64,000 bases of DNA from an uncultured cyanobacterium (GCA_963749915.1 CAVVOP010000008.1:256001-320000); one strand, 5' to 3'; positions 41,181 to 53,269 are shown, numbered from the stretch's first letter. The notes: generated from the letters alone by a model not told the origin. A program made the numbers and translations.

Positions 41181-42848
41181 TCAATCTCCTTCTGATAAAT
41201 TAAAGAAAATTGTGCCCCGCCGGACTCCGTTTTCCACTCCTTCACTGATGATTGTTAAGGATTGTAAATTATCAAATAAAGGTTTAGTCCCTAACTCAAC
41301 AATTTTAATCACGGGAAATTTTTTGGCAAGATAAGGTTCTAAGGGTTGCCATTTCAGATATAAATAACCATCGTTGTTACTGGGTAAAGCCCGAATTATT
41401 GATTGAAAATCCTTTGATTGTAATAAGTTTTGTTCAGGGTTGCTTAACGTATTATTTAAAACATTCACCGAGTTAGTTAAAATTTCATAGGAATCTTTCT
41501 GGGTATGTACTCCTTTTACCTGTGCTTCAAGACGTGAAAAATTATTTTCAGAAGTCGCAATTAATTTTGTCCATGCGGTAATCATATTCTTTTCTAAGGG
41601 TAATTTACCAACGCTTAAACCTCTATCTTTGGCAAGATTATCTAATTTGTCGGTTAATAATTCCTCTTGTTTTTCAGTGACAAATAACCAGTCCAATTCT
41701 TTGGTTACCTCATCAATTGATAAAGATAACCCATATTCACCTCTAACTTGGGAAAAAATATCTTCCGCAAAATCTAGTTTTAAAGATTCTTCTAAGGGAT
41801 GAATACCTTGATAAATTAATTGGGGTAAGGGATTATTATTGCCTAATCCTGTCTTGATTTGTTGCCAAAATGCCCCTAAATTTACCCCGCCTATGGAGAC
41901 AATACTGTTCTCCGGAATATAGGCTAAAGTTTGCGGAGGTATTGCTAAACTGGGGGGTTCATTTTCTTTCTTACTGACTCCAAATAAAGCGGTATGGGTG
42001 ACTAATCCTCGGGGGTTAAGGCTCAAAGATAGGGTTAGGCTTTCATTGATGAGGGGGGTTGCCACTTCTCCTTGATTCGTAATCCATGCGGAGGTTGCCG
42101 GCAAATTTAGATAAGCAATACTGACTTTTTTTGCCGTCAAAGAGGCGATCGCTTTTTGGTAAGCCAGATCATGTGCCAAATTAAGATCCACAGCTTGAGC
42201 ATTATTAATGGCTTCTTTCAATACCTGTAAATCATTGGCAAATAAAACAAAATTCGTCACCACCGCCGCCGCCACTTGCTTAATTTCTGTATCCGCTACC
42301 GTCGGGCGTTGATAAATTAAATTAACTCCCTTATACTGTTCAAAAATTAATTCAGCAGTATTAGAAAGCACTTGTTTTTGATAATAAGTTTGTAAAAATT
42401 CTCTTGCTAACTGAGGTGATTTATTTTTAGCTACCAACAAATATCCGGGTTTAACACCGTTATCAATATTGTGATCATAATCCAAGGATGTCACCGCCAA
42501 GGTAATTTCATCCCCCAACCAATTCCGTAAATCTTCTACCGAATTTACCTGAGCTTGAGATAGTAAATTTGTCCTTAATTGTTGAATAGCCTTTAAAACT
42601 CGTTTTTGTTCACGATTGGAAGGCAATAAGTTTGCCATAGTACCTAATTTATCAGGATTAATCAATAAAGACACCATTAAGGGCGACTGTTTTGGGATAA
42701 AAACGACTCCTTGAGGATTATTTTTGACTCCCCCTTTTGTGATGTAATTAGAGTACGTGCCTGAAAATAACCATAAACTAAATAAGGCGACCAAAATCAC
42801 CCCTACGACGACAATCACAATTTTAGGTACAGCGAAACGAGATTTCAT
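41181..42848 (-). CDS. DUF3352 family protein
   Basis: N-terminal anchor, FIPKQSPLMVSLLINPD, WLGDEITLAVTSLD; start taken as MKSRF. Confidence 0.7.
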   Translation of the reverse strand: MKSRFAVPKIVIVVVGVILVALFSLWLFSGTYSNYITKGGVKNNPQGVVFIPKQSPLMVSLLINPDKLGTMANLLPSNREQKRVLKAIQQLRTNLLSQAQVNSVEDLRNWLGDEITLAVTSLDYDHNIDNGVKPGYLLVAKNKSPQLAREFLQTYYQKQVLSNTAELIFEQYKGVNLIYQRPTVADTEIKQVAAAVVTNFVLFANDLQVLKEAINNAQAVDLNLAHDLAYQKAIASLTAKKVSIAYLNLPATSAWITNQGEVATPLINESLTLSLSLNPRGLVTHTALFGVSKKENEPPSLAIPPQTLAYIPENSIVSIGGVNLGAFWQQIKTGLGNNNPLPQLIYQGIHPLEESLKLDFAEDIFSQVRGEYGLSLSIDEVTKELDWLFVTEKQEELLTDKLDNLAKDRGLSVGKLPLEKNMITAWTKLIATSENNFSRLEAQVKGVHTQKDSYEILTNSVNVLNNTLSNPEQNLLQSKDFQSIIRALPSNNDGYLYLKWQPLEPYLAKKFPVIKIVELGTKPLFDNLQSLTIISEGVENGVRRGTIFFNLSEGD

Positions 42849-43013
42849 CGGCAAGATCAAGACGAATGACTCTACATAATATATCACAGACTAGTGGTAG
42901 AGTTATTCAATCACTATTTTTAGTTTACCAAAAGGAGGAGATAATGAATTTTATAAATTAAGGATGTTAGACTTTAATGTTAACAACTAACTATCAATTA
43001 TCAATTATTCAAA

Positions 43014-44267
43014 GTGAATGAGACAAAAAATCTCGATTGGTTTCTCTTTACCTTAGTTATTGGCATCAGTAGCTTTGGTAGTTTAATTATTTATAGCACC
43101 CAGATTTACAAAAACGGGACTGATTGGCAAAGTCAATTAATTATGGTTGTAATTGGTTCATTTATATTAATTAGTTTATCTCAATATCGCTATGAATTGT
43201 TATTAAAATACCATTGGATCACTTATGCTATTACTAATACTCTACTACTAGCGGTGATTTTTGTGGGGAAAACCATTAATGGTGCTCAAAGTTGGATTAA
43301 TATAGCAGGTTTTCAGTTTCAGCCTTCAGAATTTGCCAAAGTTGGCTTAATTATCTCTCTTTCAGCTTTATTACATTATCGAGATGCCTCAAAACTACTT
43401 CATTTTCTCCCCGTTATGGCTACGGTTGGATTACCTTGGGTGTTGATTATGATTCAACCGGATTTAGGGACGGGATTAGTCTTTGGGGCAATTACTTTAA
43501 CGATGTTATATTGGGCAAATGCAAATCTGGGTTGGATTTTATTAATTTTATCCCCCCTTGTGTCTGCTTTTTTGTTCAATATTTTTTTACCGAGTTGGCT
43601 TATTTTCATCCCTGCCATGATTTTAATTGCATGGTTTACCTTACCCCCCAGATTTAAACATATTTGGGCTTTAGCCACTCTCACGGTCAATTACACCGCA
43701 GGAAAATTAGGAGATGTTCTCTGGCATTTATTACAACCCTATCAAAAAGATCGTTTAACTTTATTTCTTCAACCTGAAAAAGATCCCCTCGGCGGAGGTT
43801 ATCATTTAATACAGTCCAGAATTGCCATCGGTTCGGGTAAAATTTTCGGTAATGGTTTTCTTGACGCTACCCAAACTCATCTTAATTTTGTTCCTGAGCA
43901 ACATACTGACTTCATCTATAGTGCGATCGCCGATCAATTTGGCTTTATTGGTGCTATGGCGGTGATAATAATTTATTGGTTAATTTGTTGGCGTTTGGTG
44001 ATGATTGCCATGGAATCGAGAGATAATTTTGGGTCATTATTAGCTGTGGGGGTTTTAGGGATGATTGCCTTTCAAACCATTATTAATATAGGTATGACTA
44101 TGGGATTAGCACCCATTACGGGAATACCTTTACCCTTCCTCAGTTACGGTAGATCATCGTTATTGACAAATTTTATTGCCTTTGGCTTAGTGGAAGCAGT
44201 GGCAAACGCAAGAATTATGAAGTTACCTAAATCAAGACAAAAATATAGCAGCACAAAAAGAAGTTAA
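43014..44267 (+). CDS. rodA: Rod shape-determining protein RodA (SEDS family)
   Basis: GAQSWI, QPSEFAK, QPDLGT, QSRIAIGSG, VPEQHTDFI, TGIPLPFLSYG. Confidence 0.93.
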   Translation: MNETKNLDWFLFTLVIGISSFGSLIIYSTQIYKNGTDWQSQLIMVVIGSFILISLSQYRYELLLKYHWITYAITNTLLLAVIFVGKTINGAQSWINIAGFQFQPSEFAKVGLIISLSALLHYRDASKLLHFLPVMATVGLPWVLIMIQPDLGTGLVFGAITLTMLYWANANLGWILLILSPLVSAFLFNIFLPSWLIFIPAMILIAWFTLPPRFKHIWALATLTVNYTAGKLGDVLWHLLQPYQKDRLTLFLQPEKDPLGGGYHLIQSRIAIGSGKIFGNGFLDATQTHLNFVPEQHTDFIYSAIADQFGFIGAMAVIIIYWLICWRLVMIAMESRDNFGSLLAVGVLGMIAFQTIINIGMTMGLAPITGIPLPFLSYGRSSLLTNFIAFGLVEAVANARIMKLPKSRQKYSSTKRS

Positions 44268-44300
44268 GACAGATCAACGATTAAATTAAGATTTCAACTT

Positions 44301-45089
44301 TCAATCAATATTAACCCGTTGGGTAATCATTCTCATGCCGTCAGTGCCTATTAAAATGATTGAGTACCAATGATCTTCTTTTGTTAGAGGTAATTTAACA
44401 CGCTTAAAAATGCCCCCAGCCGATAAAGCTTCTAATTCTAGACTAGAAGGTTTGAGATATAGCGACGAATCGATTTTTTCCTCTAAAACTCCTCCCAAAA
44501 TAATATCTGAACCGATGGGATCTTGTAAAATAACATCAAAATCAAATTCTTCACCTGGACGGGCTTTTTCTGGTAAATTAATAGTTACCGCCGGCGGCTT
44601 TTCTCCCGTTATAACTTCATTCTTTTCCGCTAAAATTTTTTGTTTTATTAATTGGTTATTAACAAAATATTGTTCCGCTTTTATATCTGAACTGAGGGTA
44701 AATTTTTTTCCATTAATCTCATAATTACCTTGAATATTTGTGATAGTTTTAGCAACTAATTCGTCTTGATTTTGAGTCCATGATTCGATTGTCGTGGTGT
44801 ATTTTAAATCTTTATATTTTGACCATAATTTTTCTAAAGATGAGACAAAAGTTTCATAATTTAAGCCATCTTCAGTGGTAAATTTAGGGGAGATATTTTG
44901 CTCTATTAACTTTAAATCATGGTTATTAGCGGCTAAGTCTATCTTTGTTACCACCTCTAAAAGTTCTTTGGGAATATTATTAGATTGTGCGGAAACTTGA
45001 TTAAATTTAGTAAAGGTAAAGGTAAAACTTAAGATGAGTAAGAGAAAAAATTTAAGGCTTTTTTTCATGGTTTGATTATAGAAGACCAT
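44301..45089 (-). CDS. Exported protein with NTF2-like N-terminal domain
   Basis: Signal peptide, IDLAAN, DGLNYE, AGGIFKR. Confidence 0.65.
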   Translation of the reverse strand: MVFYNQTMKKSLKFFLLLILSFTFTFTKFNQVSAQSNNIPKELLEVVTKIDLAANNHDLKLIEQNISPKFTTEDGLNYETFVSSLEKLWSKYKDLKYTTTIESWTQNQDELVAKTITNIQGNYEINGKKFTLSSDIKAEQYFVNNQLIKQKILAEKNEVITGEKPPAVTINLPEKARPGEEFDFDVILQDPIGSDIILGGVLEEKIDSSLYLKPSSLELEALSAGGIFKRVKLPLTKEDHWYSIILIGTDGMRMITQRVNID

Positions 45090-45145
45090 AGTTTAATATT
45101 TATATATTGTAAATAAAAATAAGTCGGCAAAATAAGAATTATAAA

Positions 45146-46513
45146 TTATTTCACAAAGCTATCCTCAAGAAGTAATTTTTCAGCATCATCACCCACACGG
45201 ATAGTAATATCAGAATCAATATCCCCCGTGGAAGAAGATTCTAATTCGCCAAAATTGATGGTGCGTTGAATGACTTGGGCTGAGTTATAATCTCCTTGTT
45301 GAACAATAATTTTCGTTATGGGGGTGGGATAAGGGGAATTGTGGGAGATATAAACATTGTTAAAACCATTTTCTGCTAAAAATGAGGCTAATTTTTCGGC
45401 TAATTTAGGATTAGGGGTAGCATTTTGAATCCCAATTTTAACACGATCAAAAGACTGATTATTTTTCGATGATGACGATTCGTTGCTAAGATATTGTTGC
45501 ATAATTTGTTGTGTATTTTTCGGAGAAGTTAGCCAATAACTGAGGGGATATTCTCTGGCACGACTTGCCTTTCCAGGTAACATTACCATGCGAATGTCCT
45601 GTCTATCTAAACTTAAACTATAGATGGCAAGGCTTAATATTTCTGATTGGGTTAAATCTGTATCAATTTCTTGTTTTAACAATTTAAGTGCTTGAGGTAT
45701 TTTGAAGATTGCTTGGGGAGATTGTGATTTTTCCCGTAACGCTGTAAGTAATATTTGTTGTCTTTGAACTCTGCCAATATCTCCTAAATTATCATTACGA
45801 TAACGGGCAAATTGTTCCGCTTGATCACCATTTAAGGTTTGTTTTCCTTCTTTTAAATCAATGTGCAACCCTTGCGTATCGTCATTATACTTCATGTCCA
45901 TCGGTACGTAAACCTCGACACCGCCGATTAAATCCACTAAATCTTTAAAGGCGTTAGTAGTAATTCTAATATGTTTATCAATAGTTACACCTTTTAAATT
46001 TCTTTGGATAACTTCTTTGGTGAAAGGTGTTCCACCTGTAGCATTAGCACTATTAATTTTATCGTAACTTCCGTTGGGCAATTGGACACGGGTGTCTCTG
46101 GGAATGGATAGTATTCTTAGGGAGTGATCATCAGGTTGAAACCGCACTAACAACATCGTGTCGCTACGTCCTGAAAATTGGTTGTCAGGATTTTTCTCAC
46201 TATATGGTACTCTATCAATACCCATCACTAAAATGTTAACAGGCTCTTGTAATTGCTGACTAAAAATCGAGGTAAAACCAAATTGTTTAAAGGCTTCTAT
46301 TTTTTCTAAGATAGGGCTAATATCCTTAGAAATTGGGCTTTTTAAGGCGACAGTCATGCCGATAAAACTAGAGACTGCGGCGGTAACGGTAAAACAACCA
46401 CCCCAAATAAACCCTTGTGGCAAAGGGGAAGATAATTTTTTGAGGAGGGTGGATTTTTTGTGGCCGTTAGACTTGCATGATTGACGTGCCGATTTATTCT
46501 TCAATTTCACCAT
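45146..46513 (-). CDS. LCP (LytR-CpsA-Psr) family protein with LytR_C domain
   Basis: NILVMGID, GRSDTMLL, SIPRDT, FARYR..GDIGRVQRQQ, DSDITIRVGDD. Confidence 0.92.
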   Translation of the reverse strand: MVKLKNKSARQSCKSNGHKKSTLLKKLSSPLPQGFIWGGCFTVTAAVSSFIGMTVALKSPISKDISPILEKIEAFKQFGFTSIFSQQLQEPVNILVMGIDRVPYSEKNPDNQFSGRSDTMLLVRFQPDDHSLRILSIPRDTRVQLPNGSYDKINSANATGGTPFTKEVIQRNLKGVTIDKHIRITTNAFKDLVDLIGGVEVYVPMDMKYNDDTQGLHIDLKEGKQTLNGDQAEQFARYRNDNLGDIGRVQRQQILLTALREKSQSPQAIFKIPQALKLLKQEIDTDLTQSEILSLAIYSLSLDRQDIRMVMLPGKASRAREYPLSYWLTSPKNTQQIMQQYLSNESSSSKNNQSFDRVKIGIQNATPNPKLAEKLASFLAENGFNNVYISHNSPYPTPITKIIVQQGDYNSAQVIQRTINFGELESSSTGDIDSDITIRVGDDAEKLLLEDSFVK

Positions 46514-46599
46514 TAATTTTTGCAGTTTTTATCTCTAATATTGATAGCATAATCTTTAATCAATTGCGTACTATTATCTCTTTATTTTGGTAAAAAAAT

Positions 46600-47661
46600 A
46601 TGAAAAAAACATTTGTACCAGTTATTTTAGCTGGAGGAAAAGGTGAAAGATTTTGGCCTTTGAGTCGATCACAACGTCCTAAACAATTTCTTTGTCTCGA
46701 TAGTAGTGGGAAAAGTTTGTTGGCAAATACTGCTGATCGTTTATTATCTTTAGCACAAGGGTGGGAAAATATTATCGTGATCACCTCCGAGTTATTAGCC
46801 GAAGGTGTCAAGGAACAGTTACCTCTATTACCCGATGATAATATTTTACTCGAACCCATGGGAAAAGATACGGCCCCGGCGGTGACATGGGCCAGTCTAT
46901 ATATTAAAAGTCATTATGGAGAAAGTGCGATCGCAGGTTTTTTCCCCGCTGATCATTATATTGGTAATCAAGAAGAATTTGAAAGAATCATTAAAACTGG
47001 TGTTAACTTTGCCATGGAAAACGAAGCCATTGTAACCTTAGGCATAAAACCTGATTATCCCAGCACCGGTTATGGTTATATTGAACAAGGAAAAATTAAA
47101 ACAGAAAAAGAGAATACCCCTATATATAAAGTAATCCGTTTCACCGAAAAACCTAATGAAGAAACTGCAAAAGAATTTATCGCGACGGATAGATATAGTT
47201 GGAATAGTGGAATGTTCATTTTTCAGGTTGGGGTTGTTTTAAGGGAATTAAGCAATTATGCACCGCAAATTTTACGACCATTACAAGAGAAGGGAAAATC
47301 AGCCTATCAACAGTTAGAAAGAATTAGTATTGACTATGCTTTAATGGAAAAAACTGCACTTACTTATATTATTCCCGCAGATTTTGCTTGGGATGACTTA
47401 GGAGATTGGAATGCTTTAGAAAGATTATTAACCCCTGAAAATAATAATGTGGTAGTGGGTAATCATATCAGTCAAGACACGAAAAACTCCATTATTTATA
47501 GTAGTCAAGAAAACGAGATAATTGTGACTATTGGTTTAGATGATGTGGTAATTATTAGAGATGGAAATGCAACATTAGTTGTCAATAAAAATCAAACTCA
47601 AGACATTAAAAAAGCCCTAAAAATTTTACAAGAAAGAAAAGATAGTCAAAATTTTCTCTAA
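46600..47661 (+). CDS. manC: Mannose-1-phosphate guanylyltransferase
   Basis: ILAGGKGERFWPLSR, FPADH, GYGYI, FTEKP, SIDYALMEK, WDDLGDW. Confidence 0.92.
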   Translation: MKKTFVPVILAGGKGERFWPLSRSQRPKQFLCLDSSGKSLLANTADRLLSLAQGWENIIVITSELLAEGVKEQLPLLPDDNILLEPMGKDTAPAVTWASLYIKSHYGESAIAGFFPADHYIGNQEEFERIIKTGVNFAMENEAIVTLGIKPDYPSTGYGYIEQGKIKTEKENTPIYKVIRFTEKPNEETAKEFIATDRYSWNSGMFIFQVGVVLRELSNYAPQILRPLQEKGKSAYQQLERISIDYALMEKTALTYIIPADFAWDDLGDWNALERLLTPENNNVVVGNHISQDTKNSIIYSSQENEIIVTIGLDDVVIIRDGNATLVVNKNQTQDIKKALKILQERKDSQNFL

Positions 47662-47773
47662 TAATTTAATCCATAATTAAAATAATGATGTATAGTAAAA
47701 AACTATCAATTGTCATTATCAATTACCGACAATTTAGTATTCGGTACCAACTACCAACTGTAAACTATTAAAC

Positions 47774-49585
47774 ATGGATTTTTTAAGCAACATCTCTCCT
47801 ATTTTCATTACCATTACAGTTTTAATTGTCACCTTAATCGCATTTATCGCTGAATGGTTGCCGGTAGATTTAACTTCTTTATCGGTAGCTGTGGTATTAA
47901 TGCTTTTAGGGTTAGTTTCCCCAGATGAGGGAATTTCAGGCTTTGGTAACTCAGCCACTATCACCGTTATGGCAATGTTTATTCTCAGCGGGGGTGTGAC
48001 TAAAAGTGGTGTTTTAAATATTGTCAGAGATTGGTTGATTAAATTCGGAGGAAAAAATCCGAGTCAACAAATTTTCGTAATGGGAACTATTGTCGGGTCC
48101 ATTAGTGCGTTTATTAATAATACTGCAGTGGTAGCGATTTTTTTGCCCATAGTTGAGCAGTGGAGTAAACAAACTAAAGTTTCTGTTTCTAAGTTGTTAA
48201 TCCCCCTTTCCTATTCCACAGTTTTAGGGGGTATGATTACGGTTTTAGGTACATCTACTAACATTCTAGCTAGCGGTGTAGCAGTAAAATTAGGATATGA
48301 AGAATTTAATATTTTTCAATTTACCGCCTTAGGATTACCTACTTTTATCATTGGTTTAGTATATCTTTCTTTGGCCGCCCCGAAAATGTTGGCTGCTAGA
48401 AAACCGCCAGGAGGAGAATCTTTAAGTGAAGATTATGAGTTAAAAGAATATGTTAGTGAGATGATTATTCCTCCTAAATCCAGCTTAATTGGGCAAACTT
48501 TGCGCAGTAGTGAAATTCAAAGAAAATTTGATTTAGATATTTTAGAAATTATCCGTAATGATGAACATTTTCCGCCGCCTTTGGCTGATAAGGTTTTAGC
48601 TGTAGGGGATATTTTATTAGTTAGAGGTAGTCGAAATAATTTACTAAATATAAAAGATGAAAGAGGCGTTGAAATTCTGGCAGATTTTAAGTTTAACTCT
48701 GATAATTTGGAGAAGGAAAATAATGAAGAAGAAGAGAAAATCGCTGAGGTTTTAATCTTATCAAATTCTCGTTTAATTGGTTCAACTTTAAAAGATTTGC
48801 GTTTTCGTCAACGTTATAATAGTACAGTTTTAGCTATCAGAAGAGGACAAGAATTAATTAGGGAAAGATTAGGTAAAACCACTTTAAAATTTGGCGATTT
48901 ATTATTAATTCAAGCACCAAAAGAGAGTTTCATTGGTTTACAAACCACGAGAGAATTATTAGTTTTAGAAGAAAAAAATCGAGAGGGTTTAAGACAAGAA
49001 AAAGCCTTAATTGCTTTAGCTATTATTGTTGGTGTTGTTTTAATATCCGCCATGGATATTGTGCCGATTTTAACCGCCAGTTTAGCGGGAGTTTTATTAA
49101 TGGTGATTACAGGATGTTTAAAACCAGGGGAAATTTATGGGACAGTTAGATGGGATATTATTTTCTTATTGGCAGGGTTAATTCCTCTTGGTTTAGCAAT
49201 GGATAATTCTGGCACTAATCAATGGTTGGCCGATAATTTGTTAGGGGTAGCTGGTAACTTATCAGGATATTGGATTCTCGTGTTATTCTACTTTGCGACC
49301 TCGATGTTAACAGAGGTTTTATCTAACAATGCCGCAGTGGTTTTAATGATTCCTATCGCGGTGAAAATAGCTGAAAGTATGGGTTTAGAGCCTTTATCGT
49401 TCATGTATGTAGTAACGTTTGCAGCTTCTAATAGTTATTTAGCTCCCATCGGCTATCAAACTAATACAATGGTATATGCCCCTGGAGGTTATAAATTCCT
49501 AGATTATACTCGTGTTGGCCTTCCTCTCACCATTACGTTAACTCTAGTAACTCCTCTTTTAATCATGAAAATCTATGGCATTTAA
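47774..49585 (+). CDS. SLC13/DASS-family permease with TrkA-C domains
   Basis: SAFINNTAVV, LGTSTN, two TrkA_C repeats, PIGYQTNTMVY. Confidence 0.9.
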   Translation: MDFLSNISPIFITITVLIVTLIAFIAEWLPVDLTSLSVAVVLMLLGLVSPDEGISGFGNSATITVMAMFILSGGVTKSGVLNIVRDWLIKFGGKNPSQQIFVMGTIVGSISAFINNTAVVAIFLPIVEQWSKQTKVSVSKLLIPLSYSTVLGGMITVLGTSTNILASGVAVKLGYEEFNIFQFTALGLPTFIIGLVYLSLAAPKMLAARKPPGGESLSEDYELKEYVSEMIIPPKSSLIGQTLRSSEIQRKFDLDILEIIRNDEHFPPPLADKVLAVGDILLVRGSRNNLLNIKDERGVEILADFKFNSDNLEKENNEEEEKIAEVLILSNSRLIGSTLKDLRFRQRYNSTVLAIRRGQELIRERLGKTTLKFGDLLLIQAPKESFIGLQTTRELLVLEEKNREGLRQEKALIALAIIVGVVLISAMDIVPILTASLAGVLLMVITGCLKPGEIYGTVRWDIIFLLAGLIPLGLAMDNSGTNQWLADNLLGVAGNLSGYWILVLFYFATSMLTEVLSNNAAVVLMIPIAVKIAESMGLEPLSFMYVVTFAASNSYLAPIGYQTNTMVYAPGGYKFLDYTRVGLPLTITLTLVTPLLIMKIYGI

Positions 49586-49680
49586 AACAATATCGATTAG
49601 CTTCCAAAATTTTATTGTGATAAACTGAAACCCTAATCCTAACAGGATTAGGAGCTGTACAGTGCCAAATTAAATGACCT

Positions 49681-50703
49681 CTAGTTTCCGCTAAATGAGA
49701 GCAAGAAGTTAACAAAAGTGCGATTACTAGATTCGGGGTAGGATTCTAGTTCATAATATGTAGATAGCTAAACAAATTGCCAGAGATGAGTGTATGCTAA
49801 TTGCCATCGAACAAACTCTACAAGCTTTACAAATTATTGTGCAAAGTGTACCAGTGGGGACGAATCTGGCTCTGATACACCTGATGTGGAGCATACTCAA
49901 TGGCTCATTTCTGAGTAGTCGAGGCGCAATTTTTCCCGCTCTGCAAGAAAGTGGCTTCTGCCCCGAGGAGATCAGGCGCAGTTGGCAAGCAATGCGTTAT
50001 GGTGCCTGGTGCATCGATGATTTGTTGCAATCATGGGGTGACTATGTACAGGAACGAGGGGAATGGCAAATCCATGAGTATGAAGGTTATAGACCGCTGG
50101 CAGTGGATTTAACAGCCTTTTGGCGTTTGCGTCTGAAAGGATGGATGGGCAAATATTTCAACGGCATAGCCAATCGTATGCTCAAAGGTATTGGTTTTGC
50201 CTTGGTGGTGGAAGTCGGACAGTTGGCAGGTGAGCGCCTACCCATCTCATCAGACTTTTTCTATCTGGGTCTTTTTTGACCCCCTCTACACCGTCAGTTC
50301 GTTTTTGCTCCAGAAAGTTGCCAGCGTCTGCCGGAACTGGCGATGTTAGTTGGCAATATTCTCAGTTATCTGGCGCTGGTGTTGCCTCCTATTCCCACAG
50401 GCTTCTGGGACCGCCGCCCACAAAAGACAACCGGGGGTTTACGTCGGGTCTTAGCCCGAACTGAGTTTCCCAAAGTTGACCTAAACAATGGGCAAATGCG
50501 AAAAAAGAATTCAGTGACAGCTCATTTGCCCAAAGGCATCGCTGCTCATCGATGACAAAAAGCACCCGAACTGGATCTCCCGCTCACCAAAGGTGCGCCT
50601 ACGGCGATCGCTTCTTGAGTCAACTAAATACTAAATAACAGGTGTTTTTGCTTCAGACCAGAGTCTGGATTGATTTTCTCATTCCGGATTTAGCGGAAAG
50701 TAA
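49681..50703 (+). mobile_element. Internally deleted IS (DDE transposase remnants at 49794..50279 and about 50290..50555)
   Basis: IRs TTTCCGCTAAAT (49685) and ATTTAGCGGAAA (ends 50699); N- and C-terminal transposase-like pieces; GC-richer than the flanks. Confidence 0.65.
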
Positions 50704-50739
50704 AGATTTCTATTTTTGTCTAAATAAAATTTAGATGCG

Positions 50740-50880
50740 TTTGCCCTGTTTGAGCTGCCGTTCGTTGTCCTTAATGGAATATTCTCCCAAATCCAATTAA
50801 AATATCTTACTACTAATCTCGCCGTCACTTTAGTCTGTTCCCAAACTTTGGCAAATTTATTTTGTTCCCGATGCCATCTA
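50740..50880 (-). pseudogene. IS1-family transposase C-terminal fragment
   Basis: GRWHREQNKFAKVWEQTKVTARLVVRYFNWIWEN, near-identical to part of 34566..35117. Confidence 0.8.
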
Positions 50881-50909
50881 CCCCCCTCGAACATTTCTCA
50901 CATAAATCA

Positions 50910-50982
<73 letters not shown>

Positions 50983-51054
50983 TAACTTATGCCACTTATA
51001 TAATATAACGAACTTTTTTGGGATTGGCAAGAGTTTATCTGAAATTTTAAAAAA

Positions 51055-51460
51055 TAACTTTGTACCTTTTTCCCGCCCCGATGAATAACCTCGGACTTTG
51101 GGTGAAGGTGAAGAAGTGCCAAAAGTACGAATTATTCTTTTATAGTCTCTTTGCACTATACTAGGTGTGATTTTATCAGGCATTTTTTTCAGGTCATATT
51201 TTTGCCACTGTGGCACTACTTGTTTTGCTAAATTTCTGGTTGCCCACAAATTTACATAACTCAAAAATACTAATTCTACTCTCCTCTCTCCCATGACAAT
51301 TAACCTGTTCTTGAGCAATTTCACTATCAGTTGAACAACTACTAATTCGTTCAGTTGATAAAGGAATTGACCAATTATGTTGGGTTTTTTCATCATGAGT
51401 TAAATAAGTTAAAACTGAATATTTATGTCCCAAAGTAATCGGTTTTTGACCAAAAATCGG
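51055..51460 (-). pseudogene. IS4/IS701-like transposase fragments joined by deletion
   Basis: GHKYS..WSIPLSTERISS and PQWQKY..VQRDYKRIIRTFGT..PKVRGYSSGR. Confidence 0.65.
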
Positions 51461-51510
51461 TGAGGGTTTATGAACAAACTCTCGGTCAATTAAAGTTGGA
51501 GACTGGAAAA

Positions 51511-51785
51511 ATGTTAATTGGCTACGCTCGTGTTTCCACCGATGACCAAAATTTAGATCTGCAACGGGATGCTTTGCAGAAAGCTGGCTGTACGGAAATT
51601 TATGAAGACCGTCTCAGTGGACGATCAGCAGCAAGACCAGGGTTACAAAAAGCCTTAGAAGTACTGTTAATCATTACCTCAAAACCTGGGATTATGACCT
51701 TGATTCACTCAGGCAACCAAGTCCGGCTGTTCGTTTTTAAGCCACCCATAGTAACGAATGTTGGCAATTTGACCTGAGTCCCTGA
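51511..51785 (+). pseudogene. Serine resolvase N-terminal fragment fused to an rve/DDE transposase fragment
   Basis: MLIGYARVSTDDQNLDLQRDAL..RPGL, then NHYLKTWDYD..PAVRF*ATHSNECWQFDLSP in another frame. Confidence 0.7.
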
Positions 51786-51789
51786 CTGC

Positions 51790-52083
51790 CTGTTATATTA
51801 GATTTAATTGTAAGTAGTGATGGCGATATTCCCTTATTTTTAAGAGTAGCAGACGGCAATGAAAATGATAAAGTAATGTTCGGAAAAATAGCAAAAGAAT
51901 ATAAATCAATGATAAATTTTGAAACGATGATGGTAGGAGATAGTGCTTTATATACAGAAAATAACCTCAAATTAATGAACGGAATGGAATGGTTATCGAG
52001 AGTTCCACTATCAATAAAAGAGGCTAAAAATTTGGTTTCAGAACTCTCATCATCTGACTTTACTCGTAGCAGTAATAATGGAT
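51790..52083 (+). pseudogene. IS1634-family transposase internal fragment
   Basis: LDLIVSSDGDIPLFLRVADGNENDK, VGDSALY, WLSRVP. Confidence 0.8.
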
Positions 52084-53234
52084 CCCACATTCCGCACGTC
52101 AAACTGTATAAATTCAGATTACGAGGTTAGAGGTTGAACAGTGATTGACTACGACAAGAAATACTCAGTGATTAGTTCTCTAGCTTATAAAGAGAACTCA
52201 GATAAATTAGTAGAAAAATGAGCAACGTTTAAGGGATAATTAAATTCAGTTTTTAATTTAATTTTGGAAATGATATTTTCAGAAGATATACAAGTTCAAA
52301 CCATTAATCATTTAGGATTAATTGCTGGAGTTATAGATGAAATTGGGATTGAAGAAATTATTAACGATGCCCTCGGTATTGACGAGAGGGAAATCGTGAC
52401 AGCAGGTCAAATAGTCAAAGCAATTATTCTGAACGGATTAGGATTTATTTCTCGACCTCTTTATCTATTTCCACAGTTTTTTAAAGACAAAGCCACAGAA
52501 CATTTAATCGGAAAGTGAATTAAATAATCAAAAGAAAAAAACAAAAAAGAAAGAAGAAAAACTCGGAAAATTTTATCAAATTAGTGCTGTTTTAAAATCA
52601 GATTTAACCAAAATAACGGAATTTAAAAAAAGAGCAGGAAGATTTGTGTTAGCTACAAATAGATTGGATAAAAGTAAATTTAATTCTGATGAAATTTTAA
52701 TTAAGTATAAAGAGCAACAAGCCGCAGAAAGAGGTTTTAGTTTTCTGAAAGAGCCATTATTTTTTGCCGATAGTGTGTTTTTAAAAACCCCAAAAAGAAT
52801 CGAAACAATGTCAATGTTGATGGGGTTATGTCTGTTAGTATATTCTTTAGGGCAAAGAGAAATACGTCGCTTATTAAAAGAGAAAAAAATCGAAATAAAA
52901 AATCAATTAGGAAAACTAACGGAACGTCCGACGTTAAGATGGATATTTCAAAGTTTTCAAGGAATTCATTTAGTAATAAATAGAGGAAAAGAACAGATAG
53001 TAAATCTAACAAATGAACGAAAACTAATTTTAAGTTTTTTCCCAATTTCTTGTCATAATTATTATATTTTATCTGGATAACTTGATAACTTATTGGATTT
53101 AAGAGTCTAAATATTCTCAATTATAATACCATAAATAAAGAAGATATTGAGTATTATTACTTATATTTTGTCCAAAATAAGTTGCTTGGTTTTAATACTT
53201 TTATCATCTTACAAAGTGACCTGCGGAATGTGGG
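52084..53234 (+). mobile_element. IS1634-family element, internally deleted
   Basis: TIRs CCCACATTCCGCACGTCA and TGACCTGCGGAATGTGGG; N-terminal HLGLIAGVIDEIG and C-terminal YKEQQAAERGFSFLK pieces. Confidence 0.85.
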
Positions 53235-53269
53235 TTAATCCAAAAACTGGACAATTTTGGATAATAGAT